The notes under the pieces were generated by a model, which worked only from the letters and a program-made list of their open reading frames with translations, searched no databases and was not told the origin of the DNA. Shown piece after piece: positions 1-13,347 of a stretch of DNA of 64,000 bases. Made by a program: the position numbers and the translations under genes. The stretch is from Camelus ferus (lineage: Eukaryota), in contig NC_045696.1 in assembly GCF_009834535.1 (NCBI RefSeq), positions 82,090,001 through 82,154,000 of the forward strand, in the 5' to 3' direction. Positions within the stretch are counted from its first letter, which is position 1. Each line of letters starts with the position of its first letter.

Positions 1-330
1 GAAGACAAGGCAGAGGGTAGTTTAAAAGGATAAGATACCAGAGGTAAGGAAAAGGAAGATTTAAAGATGATTAATCTATGCAACGAGTAGTAAATAAACC
101 ATAGAGATCGAATGCACAGTATAATGAATATAGACAACAATATTGTACTACAATCATCAAGCTTGCCAAGAGACAGAAACTTAATTATCCCCATGACTAA
201 AATGAAAGGATAAAAATGTAATAGGAAGTGCTCAATATTGCTACAAAAGCAGTCATTATATATAAATGTATCAAATTAACACAGTGTACACCTTAAATTT
301 ACACACTGTTATATGTTAAATTATACTTAG
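1..330 (+). mobile_element. LINE-1 3' end fragment (L1MA9-like)
   Basis: Typical L1 3'UTR wording such as 'gtacaccttaaatttacacactgttatatgttaaattatac'. Subfamily is from memory. Confidence 0.7.
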
Positions 331-794
331 TTGTAAAAGTGATTGTTTCATAGTAGAGATATGTTTATAGAAAATGTGTCAAATTTTAAAATACTTCATA
401 ATTTAATTTCCCAAGGAAATTTTATAAAGTGTTTCTTTTACTGTATACTTCATTGTTTACTGGAGATACTGTAGAGTGAAATGGTGAGGTCACTTATTTA
501 GTGGCTTTGGTTTTAGTAGTATATACAGTTTAATTTGGTATGAAAACTTAATATGAGGATTATTCTTTTTTTTAAAGGATAAGCTATGCCTCTGTTTGTA
601 CTAGTTCTATAACCAGAATCTCCAGCCAGTAGTTTGTGATTTACCGAAATGTCATATGTCTTCCCTGGTAAATCATCACACTGATCATGGTTTCTATCTT
701 ATTGCCTCTTTCTTTGCTGCTGATCTTCAGGTGTCCTCACGTCTTCAGAAAAATTAAAAAGTAACTCCTCCTTGCACAAAAAATTGGGGATCTC

Positions 795-1199
795 TATTGG
801 TTAGGGTATATGTTTGGCTGTTCCATTAGAGACCCAGAATAATATCTGATTAAATAAGAAAGTTTAATTTTCTCTGATGTAGCCCAAAGGTAAGCAGTCC
901 AGGGCTCCATTGTGTTGGGCACCTAAGTTCCCAGTGTCTCTTGGCTCTGCCATCCCTAGAATGTTGCTCTTTCCAAGATAGCTAATCTTCATGATCACGG
1001 TCTCATCAGTGAGAAGGGGGAAAGGGCACCTGGAATTTGCAGGCATTTTCATTCACATGTCATTGGTCAGAAATTGGCCACATGTAGGGCAGAAACTGCT
1101 TTTTATTCTCAGTGGCCGTATTCCTAGCTAAAAATTAGGACTTTGTTACTACGGAAATGAAGAATGGATTTTAGAGAATTACCAGCTATCTCTGCCATA
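795..1199 (-). mobile_element. Degenerate MaLR LTR (MLT1-like)
   Basis: MLT1-type motifs such as 'cacatgtcattggtcagaa...ggccacat', ending 'tctctgccata'. Confidence 0.55.
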
Positions 1200-3233
1200 G
1201 AATCCCATCTTTATTAGCTAATGCAACAGTGTTTAAAAACTTACTTGGCTTTGTAATTTTTTATTCACAAATGTGAAAAAGTAGCCTTGGTAACATTACC
1301 AGATTTGTTAAAATTCTGACCAAACATTAGAACTGGGTTTTTTTTTTTTTAATCTGTTAATGTTCCTCTCTTCTTTATGAGAAATAAAACTGATGTTCTA
1401 TTTTTGTCAGGTTGTAAACCCTTAGACCATACCTGTTTGGAATCTCCCCTCTCTCACCAGCAAAAACATTTCCTTCTCCTTCATAAGGTATTCTAACCTA
1501 TTATCAAGTGTTGCATATTGTTATGTTAATTATAAAAACTTTTGAAATAAAGCTTTCAGTATAGTCTGGAAATGGAACAGCTTGAGGAATGGACTCTTTG
1601 GGACTGGATTGGTGGTGGTGGTGGTGAAGTGAGAGGTTCTGTCTCCAGTACAGGCTTTTCCAGGTTGGATCTGGTTACAGGCATGACAAAGTGAAAACAA
1701 TACTCCTTGAAGTTATGACACTAGGTCCAAGGAATGTGTTGTGGAGCACAGGTGTGTGAAAGCTGTCTCTAGGTCATTGGAAGGAGCAATTTTTATTTTA
1801 CTTGTTTTGAGACTCTTCCTCATCGCTACTGAATAGCTGAGTTTTGCTTATGAAGGTAGTCCTGAGAATTTTCTTAAGATGATCACTTGCTAGTTTATGA
1901 TTTGATCAGTCATGACAGTGTATTTGGATGTCCCTTGGAACTTCCAGTATTTAATAGTATATTTTTCGGTTGTTCTCACTACCTTCACTTGATTTAGCAC
2001 TTTGCCTTTTGCTTCTACAGTAACACTAGAATACTGTGATGCTTGAATGTATTGAGTACATGTCATCCATGTCTACATTTCAGAGTCCCTTTCTTAATCT
2101 TAACAAGTCTTGGTTAAATGAATAACACAGAAAAGCACATATGGAGCTTACAGCTAAAAGCTTTAGTTAGCGGAGTGCTTTTTTGGTATATTTTATATGA
2201 CTTGGTGTAGGAATTGTGGTGATGCATGAAAGTGGCAAATTATGGTGGATTTAAAAATTTAACAGTTTTCATTGAAGTAGTTCTTAAGCACTTACTACAG
2301 GTCTTACACTCTTAGTTCATACGTGGAAAATAGGAAATGGAACAGTCACTTTTTTATGCCTACTACCTGTTGCACATGTATGTAATCTTCTTGGCAAGTC
2401 TTTGGGAAAAGGTATTATAAACTCCATTTTACAGATGAGAAGACTATGGGTCATGAAGATTAAGTTGCTGGCTTATAGGTGACTGCTGCTGAATACTTGA
2501 GGATTTAGGTAGGAAGTTTCTTTGAGTCCTGTGGTAAGGCTTGAAGAAAGTTATGGATATAGAGGTGGAGGAAGGACATTCTAACTTAACAGAACACCCT
2601 GGCAAAAAGGAGCAGAGGTTAGAAGTTACAAAACTATTGGTGATTTTTAATATGATGTAACTAAAAGGGACTGTTTTATAATTAGATAAATACATCTTTA
2701 TATATTTTGTTGTACACTGCAGATCTTTGAGAGTGTTAATTATATGAAATGCTCCTCTGAAATCGGACATATCAAAATTTTACCTTCTTTTGGAGTCATC
2801 CTCATTCTTTCCAGTTAGAATTGTGTTTTCTGCTCTCTATATATCAAAATTCATATATTCACAATGTATCAAAATTAATATATACATGATGCTTTCTGAA
2901 AGTGTTCCACTTGAAAGGTAGTGACTTTGTCTTATCTGCACATTTTAGATAGGTTGGAATCTTATCAAAGTGAACCTTTAGAAATGTATTGCTTATTTAT
3001 ATAGAGAAACTCCGTGAAATTTTTATACAGGAGCAAGAGGGAGTTGGTGGAAGTGGTTGTTTTGGGGGGCTTTTGTCTGGCCAAAGTGGCTATAGATTAA
3101 AAAGTTAAAAGACCATTCCTTTTAAGTTTCCTGGAGGGTCTGAACTAGCAGCATCCAACCAAAGTAGAAGCTAAAAGAAAATCTGCCACAATTAAATTTT
3201 TGGAAGTTTTTCCCTTTGTTTCCTTCTTTTTAG

Positions 3234-3348
3234 AGACATTAGAAGAAATGGACAGTGAGTTGCTCAAGTGTGAATTCTGTGGGAAGATGGGATATGCTAA
3301 TGAATTTCTGCGGTCAAAACGATTCTGCACTATGTCATGTGCCAAGAG
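3234..3348 (+). CDS. PHC3: PHC3 internal exon encoding the FCS zinc finger
   Basis: Acceptor ttttttag|, donor AG|gtatt, 115 nt. Translates ETLEEMDSELLKCEFCGKMGYANEFLRSKRFCTMSCAKR (CxxC...FCxxxC). Phase joins the next exon. Confidence 0.97.
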
Positions 3349-5139
3349 GTATTATTTTTCCCTTGAATTTACTAAATAAAGCAAAAACCAACATACAGTG
3401 CTAACAAAACCAGAAAACTTAGAATAGAGTTTACAATTAGTCAAAACTAGATATCACAGATGAATGGTATCAAATAGGCATTATCTGGTGCTACTTTAGT
3501 TTTTAGTCTTTAAATTTTGCTCTGTGAAATTTGCATATTCCTAACACATACAGCATAATCTAATATGGAAGTAGCAATCTCCTGGTGGTAAGAATATGTT
3601 TAGGAGAATCCCTCCTGTATACATAGACTACTGTTCCTTAAGGTAGCAAAATAATATTTGTTTTATCAGTATTGAAATACCTGGATTTACTTGGTTACGT
3701 TTTAAAATGTTTTAATTTCTTTTAGCCATATCCTATTTCAGGTTTCTAAGTGAGATAGCTTAGCATAAGTTCTCCACATTGTTACATTACCAGACACCAA
3801 AATATCTGTCTTTTCTAAATCTGTATTTTCAATAGTAATATTATAGGTAAATAGTATTACTAACAAAAGAAATTTTAGTATCTTCATTGAACTTGTCACA
3901 AGTTTAGTTTACATTAAAGAAAACCCCTCTGATTCTGATAGTAAAGCCCATATAGGTATTTCCCACTAATGGTGAAGTGTGTGCACAAGTTGATTATTTT
4001 CAAATTTGTTCTCTGTTCCAAAAGTTATTATTCTCTCAAAGAATTTGAGATCTTAATGGCACATCTAGGTAATTTCTTGCTTGAACATATTATTTATTAT
4101 GGTGCCACTAAAATCTATTTAGTAAAACCTAAGTTAAATAAGTAGTGTAAGTATTTTTCTCTAAAAATGGGTTATTGATTTCTCAATTGTCAATCTGTTA
4201 TTCAGATATATATTCTTTCATGTTATTGATAGTCCTCATCAAATTATATAACTCCTGTTTTGACTTGGGAGTTTTCCGATTTGCATGTACCTCAGGAAAG
4301 AATAGCGGCTCTCTGGTTCTAAGAGATTAAAAACTGAGGGAAAAGAAATGCCTTTCAGAATATTTTAAACTTTAGACTATTTAGAAATATTTCAGGACAT
4401 TTAACACAACTACCATCACTCTTTTCCCAGAGATGATTGGTGAGCTGTCACGTTATGTACCTTTAGGTGAAACTCTTTAGAGGTTTAGGGATCCTAACAT
4501 AGGAAAATGCAGATGAGAGAAGAGCAAGGAGGAGAGGATAAATTAGGTCAGGTAAGAACTACGGTTTACCTGTCTGCCTGCCTAGCTATCTGTCTTAGAG
4601 ATCTAAATATTTAAGGACTAAATAGCAAGGACTAAAAAGCAAAGTTTAGTCTCTCTCCTTTGTTCTCTAGTCAGTTGGGAAAGAAGTTTTGTCAGTTGAT
4701 GTGATTGGAAATCAGAAACCTTCAGAGCTGAGCCCACAGATGAGGATCATGAACACAGGAGGAGCTTGGTTAATTGTTTTAGAGTAAAATGAAATGGCCA
4801 TCAGGGCACTTTTTTCTTTTTTATATTTTTAGGGGAAAAACAGCCAATTCACTCCTGATATTTTCATAAAACATAGGTGAGGAACATTTATTTTTGATAT
4901 CTGTATATTGGTCTTAGAACAGTTATTAATAGCAAAGTTAATTGGGATTTATTATTTTTTCATTTTCCTGAAAAATCATCTTAGAGCAAGAGTTTTGAAA
5001 ATAAGAAATTAAAGTGACAGATTTATATGTTAAAAAAAAAAAAAGAAAAAGAAAGGAACTGTGTGTATATTTCTTAGCCTTCCATAGCTTTTCAGAAATT
5101 CGTTTCTTTGATTCTTTCTTTTCACTCTTCTTTCTAGGG

Positions 5140-5454
5140 AAAGAGTTGGCAAACCATGCCCAGGCTGAGTCCTTTGTGTAGCTTATTTTTGTATGGCCCC
5201 TGAACTAAGGATAGTTTTTAGGTGGTTGAAAAAGAATCAAAAGAATAATATCTTGTGACACATGAAAATTGTATACAATTCAAATATAAGTGTTATTAAG
5301 TAAAGTTTTATTGGAACACAGCCGTGCTCATTGTCTATGGCTGTTTTCATGTTACAGTTGCAGAGTTGAGTAGTTGTACCAGAAACTCATGTAGCCTACA
5401 AAGCCTAAAATATTTACTATCAGGCCCTTTATAGAAGAAGTTTGCCAGCCTCTG
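5140..5454 (+). mobile_element. hAT-Charlie MITE (MER58B-like)
   Basis: Termini 'gttggcaaac'...'gtttgccagcctctg'. Perfect 8-bp TSD ttctaggg at 5132-5139 and 5455-5462. Confidence 0.85.
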
Positions 5455-5543
5455 TTCTAGGGCACTGGAACCCAGTAAAAGGCATAGGACTCTTTTTAAG
5501 CTGTTGTCATGCCTTATAAAGGTCTACATTAAAAAATACTAGA

Positions 5544-5644
5544 GTGCTCACTTTGACAGCACATATTCAAAAATTGGAACGATGCAGAGATTAGCATGGC
5601 CCCTGGGCAAGGATGATGGCAAATTCATGAAGTATTCCATAATT
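5544..5644 (+). pseudogene. U6 snRNA retropseudogene, near full length and diverged
   Basis: 'gtgctcactttgacagcacatattcaaaaattggaacgatgcagagattagcatggcccctgggcaaggatg...ttccat' aligns with U6, with CpG decay and a short deletion at the ACAGAGA box. Confidence 0.93.
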
Positions 5645-6283
5645 AAAACGTATATATTAGACAGTCTGTTTTGGTAAAATAAAATCTTTAAGCCAATTTC
5701 AAAGAATTACATATACTTGAATTTCCTGAAGTGAGAGCCATGAATTCGTTGTGTATTTTGAAGTCTAAACTACATTTTCACTCTTCAGTTTTAGTTACAT
5801 TTGAAAAATATTTTACTGGCCATTTGAGATTTCCTCTCTCTCTACTAAATTAAGCTCTTTTCATTATTCTCTCTTCAGAAATGATTACTTGAGAAAATAA
5901 CAGTTTCAGTGAACATCTAAATAGTTAATTCATAACTTCTTTTTCTCCTGGAAACTTGAATTATTTTACTGCTCAAAAAAAATGTTATTCTCTGTATTTT
6001 GCAGAAAGCCTCCCACTGTCATGCTGTTTTTAGAAGAAAACATCAATACCTTGCTAAAGGTGTCTAATATTACATTGAGAACTATGTTGTGATGTATAAA
6101 GAGGCCTTTTTTTTTTAACTGTTAGCATAAATAAGTCTATTAAATACTGTGGTTTACTTTCTTAGGTATTACTGTCCATAATGAAGTAAATGGCACTTTC
6201 TGATTCACTTTAAGGTCATGATTAATTACTAAATGGAGTGTCCCATACATTATTTAATATTTTTTCTTACTTGAATTTCTTAG

Positions 6284-6416
6284 GTACAATGTTAGCTGTT
6301 CTAAAAAATTTGCACTTAGTCGTTGGAATCGTAAGCCTGATAATCAAAGTCTTGGGCATCGTGGTCGTCGTCCAAGTGGCCCTGATGGGGCAGCAAGAGA
6401 CCATATCCTTAGGCAG
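6284..6416 (+). CDS. PHC3: PHC3 internal exon
   Basis: ttcttag| ... CAG|gtctgt, 133 nt. Translates (R)YNVSCSKKFALSRWNRKPDNQSLGHRGRRPSGPDGAARDHILRQ. Confidence 0.96.
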
Positions 6417-6507
6417 GTCTGTAGAAACCTTGCTTCAATGTACAATACTCTTTTCAGAAATACAAGGAAAGTGCAGTGCTGTATTTTACTTGTACTACAT
6501 TTTCCAG

Positions 6508-6739
6508 CTTCCAATTACTTATCCATCTGCAGAAGAAGACTTGGCTTCTCATGAAGATTCTGTGCCATCTGCTATGACAACACGCCTGCGCAGGCAAAGT
6601 GAGCGGGAAAGAGAACGTGAGCTTCGTGACGTGAGAATGAGAAAAATGCCCGAGAACAGTGACTTGCTACCAGTTGCACAAACAGAGCCATCTATATGGA
6701 CAGTTGATGACGTCTGGGCCTTCATCCATTCTTTGCCTG
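6508..6739 (+). CDS. PHC3: PHC3 penultimate coding exon (linker and N-terminal part of SAM)
   Basis: Follows a 91-nt intron; tttccag| ... G|gtatgt, 232 nt. Translates LPITYPSAEED...EPSIWTVDDVWAFIHSLP, which includes SAM helix 1. Confidence 0.97.
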
Positions 6740-7857
6740 GTATGTGATTCACCACTTTGGCCTTAGTACGTTTCTTGTGCATTCACACGCTGGAATGACG
6801 CTAGATCCGTCCATCCTGTTGCACAAAAGGGCTAGAGAAGTTCTCTGTATATGTACCCTTTAAATGGCATTTGCTATTGAAATGTGATCTGTTTCCTCTT
6901 GCTTATTCCCTCAGCACAACTGGGTATTTTCTCATACCTTCCAAGTTGATAAAAACTGACTAGTCCTGCTTCTGCTGTGACACCTCAGCCGGTGAAGATA
7001 CTAAAGGTGCTCTCTTCTCTTCAGTCTGATTTCTCTCGAGAGGTCAGTAGAGAGATTGAGTCAGACACTTCTTCCCTTCTGCTCTTCAAGTTTTTTATTC
7101 CTTATTTCCTCCTTATTTCCTACTTTAACCTTTTTAAAATGAAATAAGAAATAATTTTTAAAAAACATTTTTGAAAGCTAATAAGACCTTTTAGTATATA
7201 AAATTTTGGTTTCTTTTGAAAAATTAAGCTGGTTCTTTTAGAAGTAGCTGCATTCTTTGATTCTTTGCAGTAAGTAGACATTAAGACCACTTCTGAAATT
7301 AAGTAGACAACTAGAATTCGTTCCAGTATTGAGGGTAACTTTCTTATTTATGTTTTCTGCTCTCTCATTTGGAACTTCTTCGATCAGCTTAAGTTGCCAT
7401 TATGTTCTTTATCTTTTTTCTTTAATACAACAATAATCTTCTATATCCACTTCCTCTAAGGGGCTGGCTACTAAATAACAGCTGCTCATGCTGCTCATGC
7501 TGAGACCCACACTGGCTATATATATTAAGACTATATATTTTAAATCAGCAAATCTTTATTACTCATTTTGACTTTATGAATATGGAAAATAAGACTTTTA
7601 AAATATTTGTTCCAGTTTTTTTTTTTTTTTGGTGAATTATACCATTTCTCTTTGACACAAGCTTTCCAGAAAAATGATACCCCTTTGAACTTGTCTACAG
7701 ACTTATTAAAATTAACCCAGCTATTTTTGTTTAATCTTTCTGTGAAGGTGACCACTGTCTCGGAAGCAAACTTATAACTAAAGTGTTGTGTGAGTGAAGA
7801 AAGTATGTTCAGAAGTATTCTGCTTTTTTAAAAAATTTATCAGCCATTTACCTTATA

Positions 7858-8330
7858 CAGATGACCCCTGACTTATGATGGATTGACTTACAATCTTTTG
7901 ACTTTATGATGGTGTGAAAGTGGTACGCATTCAGTAGAAACCGTGCTTCAAATCTTGAATTTTGATCTTTGCTAGACAGATGCAGTACTATACTTTCTTC
8001 TCAAGCTGGGCAGGGTAGCAAGCCACAGATCCCAGTCAGCCACACAATCACGAGGGTAAGATATACTCACAACCATTTTGTACCCATAAAACCATCTGTT
8101 TTTCACAGTATTCAGTAAATTCCGTAAGATTCAGTACTTTATTATAAAATAGGCTTTGTGTTTGATGATTTTGCCCAACTTTCATTAGGCTAACGTAAGT
8201 GTTCTGGAGGATGTTTAAGGTCGCCTAGCCTAAGCTATGATGTTCAGAAGATTGGGTCTATTAAATGTATTTTTGACTTAATGATGTTTTCAACTTATGA
8301 TGGGTTTATTGGGATGTAAGTTGAAGAAGA
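7858..8330 (-). mobile_element. TcMar-Tigger element (MER47/Tigger5-like)
   Basis: Terminus 'ta|cagatgacccctgacttatgatgg', repeated 'gactta(t/c)' subterminal motifs, and 'gcctagcctaagctatgatgttc'. Confidence 0.8.
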
Positions 8331-11300
8331 TATATATATATATATCTATCTCAAAAATTTTATTTTTTTTCAATAGCTAATTTTAGAAATGCTAAAAAAG
8401 TTTGGTTCTTTTTTTTTAAAACAAGATATGGTCACTTTCAAAGAAAGATGAAATTGTTTAAAGAAGGGATACATTTTTCATGGAAAGATACTTAAACACA
8501 CACCTAGGAAAACCTTTAGGTGTGAGTTAAGTACTGACTATGTGGGTTTAAAATCTGCTTTAAAAAACTGACATATTTAGAGGAGGTGAGTCTTCGCTGA
8601 TTACGGTTTTAATATTTTCTGAAATAAATTTTAGGTTTTATATCAGTCTAGATATGTTGAGAATTAACTTTGGAATCAACACTGATCCCTTGGTCTGGAC
8701 TTTGATTCTGTCATCTTCAGACATAGTTTTAGGGTATGTGAGCTGTTCGTTAGCCTTATTTCTCATTTGGGGGAAAATATTTCTTTTCCTTTGGGGAACA
8801 GGAAAGTAGTTGGCTAAATAAATAATATTGCTGATTCTTCTATCACTTCATATGCTATTTTTTAGGGCTTGTTTTCTGATGTTTCTTAGCATCCATTTGC
8901 CATGAGGATACTCTTGGCTGCTTTATTAGAACAAAGGCTAACTTCTTTGTCTCATTCTTGCTTTATTTGACTTGAAAAAAATAATTTTTTATAACTTGAG
9001 ATGCCTGTCTTAGTGAGTTCATCAAGACACTTAATTTTGTTGCCAGTTGTTTAGAGAACATTACATATAAAGGAGACTGCTTTAATTTAGAATTGCTTGG
9101 TGCTGTTTATGAGTCTGCTGAATATAACTCTGCTTTTCTTTTACTGAGTAAATGAGAGTATTTCCCAGCTGCTTTGACAGACTAAATAACAAGCTTATTT
9201 GTGTGCTCAGTTACATTTTCTTTCCTGGGGTTTTTATCTGAACAACGCCTGTAGCTTAAGGCAAATCTCATGGCAGAAAATGCCTCTGTCTTCACTTCTC
9301 TATGTTCTGTCCTTTATAAACTTCCTTTTGAGCCTCTTGCAGCTCCTTCATGGCTGGATTCCACCCCCCCACCCCCACCCAGTAGACTACTGCTGAGCTT
9401 TTCTTATGGAGTGGCCAGACTTGTAAATTTTGAAATCTCTTCAATTTTGTTTCTTTCCAGTTGAGGTTTCCCTCTTTTATTAGGATACCTATGTTTATTC
9501 CTGGAGTTTTCTCTTCTGTTTGTATAGTGTCACCTTGTGAACCATATTGGTGGAGCCATATTAGAGCTGATACACAGACCAATCTCAGAGCTATTTCCAG
9601 AGTGAAAAATTATTTTCTTCTAAATATTTGTACATTAAGAAGTTCTCTATAGGAATGGTTCCTTTTATTTTCAGTTTACTGCAGTTACCTTCTTTAACTC
9701 TAACTTGATAACAATGAACTGCTTTTTGCAAAGATCAGTTTAGTCTGTGTTTGTTGATCTGTAAACCTCCAGTAGATTTGGTTTCTCTGTAGGCATTTAA
9801 AGTACAAATTGTCTAAAAACATTATTTACTGGTTTTCATCATACTAATACTGGGACTTGTTTATTCTGTAGTACTGAGTGCAGGTGATATCTTTTCACCA
9901 TTTTTACTGAAGGTATTTTTTGTGCAGGGTGTTTTTGCTTTAGTAAAGTTTAGCTGGAAAGGTGACTGGACACTTAGAAAGTTCATTGGGACCCATGTCC
10001 GTGTCCAGAGGTCCATGCCTAGACTGATGGCTGCTTCTGTTGATGTAAAGCCAGCTGAGCTGACTGGTTGCTGCAGTTGGGTTATGTTTTGTAATGTCCC
10101 TGGGGCACCAGCTGTTTAACAGAAGTAGATTCTGGATATGTCAGAAACTCATAGAACTTTAGCATAGTATATCTTGAGTGTATAGTTTTTTTTAAAAAAA
10201 GTATCTTTCTCTAATGAGTTTCTGGAAGCATAATTGCTTTTGCTTCCTCCCTCCCTTTTGAAGTTGCTTTATTTTTTTTATTTCTATACTAGCATATTAC
10301 TACCTTTTTTTGTGGTTGGCTTAAGAAAGTTGTGATCCAAACTTCTGAAGATAATGCATTCCTGTTTGATCATGCTGTTTCCCCAGACACTTCTTATTCT
10401 TTATTATTTTGCTGATACATTTGCTGTCCACCTACAAGAAGACATTTGGAGAGGGATCTGATAATACAGAGGAATAAGCACAGGCTGTCTATTTCTTCAT
10501 GGAGAACTCCTTGTTTCTATTCCCAAATGTAGCTCCTATGGTCCTTATTACTTCTCATTGCTCCTGTTTTCTGAATCTAAGTAAGTCCTATCCTATCTTT
10601 CTCTCTCTTCTTTTCTTCCCTGTGTTCTTGTAAGTAAGACTGAAGAGAGAAGAACGTTAGTTCTTTCATAAAAAGAAGGTTGAAGTCACAACTAGATGCA
10701 AGATTAGTCAGTTTTGTCTGCCCAGTTTTGAGAGCTACCTCTGGGAAAAGAAAAGGGGCTTTTCTATGGTGAGTAATCCCATTTTAACTGTATTGTTTCT
10801 TTTATGTGGTAAATGGCCAAAACCATAAAAATTTCGCATAGATACTTTTGAAATGTCAGTTTTAGAAAGTCTGAGAAACGATTAAAATAGAGAAATTGAA
10901 AAGCTAACTGATACGTGGGAAACAGGAAGGCTACAACCAACAGAGAAGGTGGGAAAAGAAATAACCAAGAAAAGCTGGCCACACAGCTGAGTGCAGGGGG
11001 GAAGAAAGTTCGTATTACTCTTACAGATGGCTCCTTTTAAGCAGATTACATTTTTGTTCATTATTCATTCATAGTCCTTCACTTATCCAAAAATGTATGT
11101 ATTTAGCACCTGTAATATTTTGTGCTTGATGCTCGGGTTATAGGGATGACATTATCATCTTATATAAACAAGAAGATGATACATTTGCCCTAGAAAGAAT
11201 AGTCATTCCAACAAAGGTGTATCCAAAGGTTTATGTAATGTAACAATTTCCATTTTGCATTATCTTTTCTGTTTTCCCTTTGAATCCTGATTTGAATAAA

Positions 11301-12317
11301 AAGAAAGACTTTAAGCTGTTAGTTTTTATTCTTAAATTGATTTTTATAATTTTGTCTCTTATAAGGAAGCGACCACATTTTTGCATTGTCTCCTCTTGTG
11401 TTTCCTTAATTCATTACCTTCTCTGCTGATTTCCCAGTGGGGAAGTTTATTAGCCTGGCTGTGCAGAATTTGGTAGATAATAATAACGTTTGAGGTTCAA
11501 GTAGATTGCTAGCATTGTTACTTGCTGAAGGACCTGGTTTATGCTGAGAGGTGAAATACTGGTTATTTGTCAAGAGAATAGCCAGCAAGCTCAAAATTTC
11601 AATGAGAATTTGTGTTTTCTTACTAGAAGTGGAGATGAGTCCAGTGATACTAAGATTTGAAGTAGGAAATTACAAGTTGTGCATTGTAATACATTTCAGC
11701 AATAGATTGATACTACAGTTTTGTTGGATTGGTTCTGCCCTGAGTCAATAATAAAAATGTTTTAGATATGCTTGGCAATTGAAGTTTGTAAATTAGAATA
11801 AAGGTATAAATGATAATGAAAGTGGCACTTGAGAAAATATTTCTAAATTGTTCTAAATGGCAGAATATTGTATTTTATTCTTCTGTACCTGTATGTATGT
11901 GAAGGATCTGTTATACAAAGAAAAATTCATGAGGTATAGTAACTAGTTGATCGAAGCTTCTGTGTGTGGCATGCTTCCAGCTGACACCATTGTCCTTTTC
12001 ATGAAGGTATGTTATATCTGGACTGATCAGTCTACATTTTACCTGACCCTTACTATTTATTTCTGCATTATTATTTTTCAAACAAGAATTCCAGATAAAT
12101 TGCTTTACCTGGATTTCGAATTAATTCTTTTTTTTCAGAATGCCAGGAAATACTCTCTTCTTCAGGAGTGAAGCCAAGACTGCCATCAATATGTTTCGTT
12201 TGTTTCTAGCCTGTATTTCAGATACTCAAACCCAATGAGAGTGTAACTGTAATTATTAGGAGTAACATCTAATTGATGTGTATTGACACTAACATCCTTC
12301 ATCTGGTCAAATTTTAG

Positions 12318-12472
12318 GCTGCCAGGATATTGCAGATGAGTTCAGAGCACAAGAGATCGATGGACAGGCTCTTCTCTTGCTAAAAGAAGACCATCTTATG
12401 AGTGCAATGAATATCAAGCTAGGCCCGGCCCTAAAGATCTGTGCACGCATCAACTCTCTGAAGGAATCTTAA
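12318..12472 (+). CDS. PHC3: PHC3 terminal coding exon (C-terminal SAM domain)
   Basis: attttag| then (G)CQDIADEFRAQEIDGQALLLLKEDHLMSAMNIKLGPALKICARINSLKES with TAA at 12470-12472. This is a classic Polyhomeotic SAM. Confidence 0.98.
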
Positions 12473-13121
12473 CAGGATCATGAGGCTTTGAGATAACAGC
12501 AGTTTTATTCTTCTTAATATGTAAGGTAAAGGCTCAAGTTGGCCTAGAATATTATCACTTAGCCAATGTGGATAGCCAATCACATTGGGATCTCCACATC
12601 AAAGGCTGACATTTCTACAGGTGTGATAATTCATTGTACATTTTCATAATTAGCCAACATTGGTGAAATTAATTTTACAGGTTACACACAACATTGAAAG
12701 ACTTGTTATAGAGGGCCATGATATTTTTCAAAGTGTTTTTACTAGATAATTTTTTTAATGGTGATGTTTATCATTAATATAAAAAATCCTCTTTAAAGTA
12801 ATTTAATGATTTACATTTCTCTTCGTTTGATTTGGTTTTCTTATACATTTTTCTACCCTATAAGTTTTCTATAGGTTTTCATGAGAGAGATAATTTAGGA
12901 GTAATTTAGGAGTCCAGTGACTGGAATTGTATGCAATGAGATATCAGTGTGTGTTTTAAAAAAACATGTCTGCTAGACAGTTGCTTTGTCTATAAAAAGG
13001 ACTGCATTCTAGCATGAATCATACTGATCTGGAAGAAGAGTTGGCTTCTAGTCCATACTTGACCAAAAATTTGGTGTGACTGAGGAATTTAGTTTTCCTC
13101 ATATTTTTTGTTCATTTTGAG

Positions 13122-13347
13122 CAGCGGTTCTCAATGGAGGTCAGTTTTGCTCCCCAGGGGACATTTGACAATGTCAAGGAACATTTTGGTTGTCATAGCT
13201 TGGGAGTTTGGGGGGTGGTTGCTCTTGGTGTCTGGGGCATGGAGGACAGGGATGTTGCTAAATATCCTGCAGTGCACAGGACAGCCCTCTACAATGAAGA
13301 GTTACCTGGTCCAAAATGTCAGTTGTGCCAAGGTTGAGAAACGCAGA
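13122..13347 (+). mobile_element. MER20 (hAT-Charlie) in the PHC3 3'UTR
   Basis: 'cagcggttctcaa...ccccaggggacatttgacaatgtc...aaggttgagaaac' follows the MER20 consensus end to end. Confidence 0.88.

Noticed and set aside
6238..6747. 169-aa ORF as a standalone gene
   Set aside because: Its second half is the real PHC3 exon 6508-6739. The first half is an off-frame reading of exon 6284-6416 plus intron.
6740..12317. Last PHC3 intron as a U12-type intron (tccttcat near the acceptor)
   Set aside because: The donor is GTATGT, not the U12 consensus GTATCCTT.
7481..12912. Short tandem duplications (gctgctcat x2 at ~7482; taatttaggag x2 at ~12890)
   Set aside because: Ordinary slippage duplications with no array structure.
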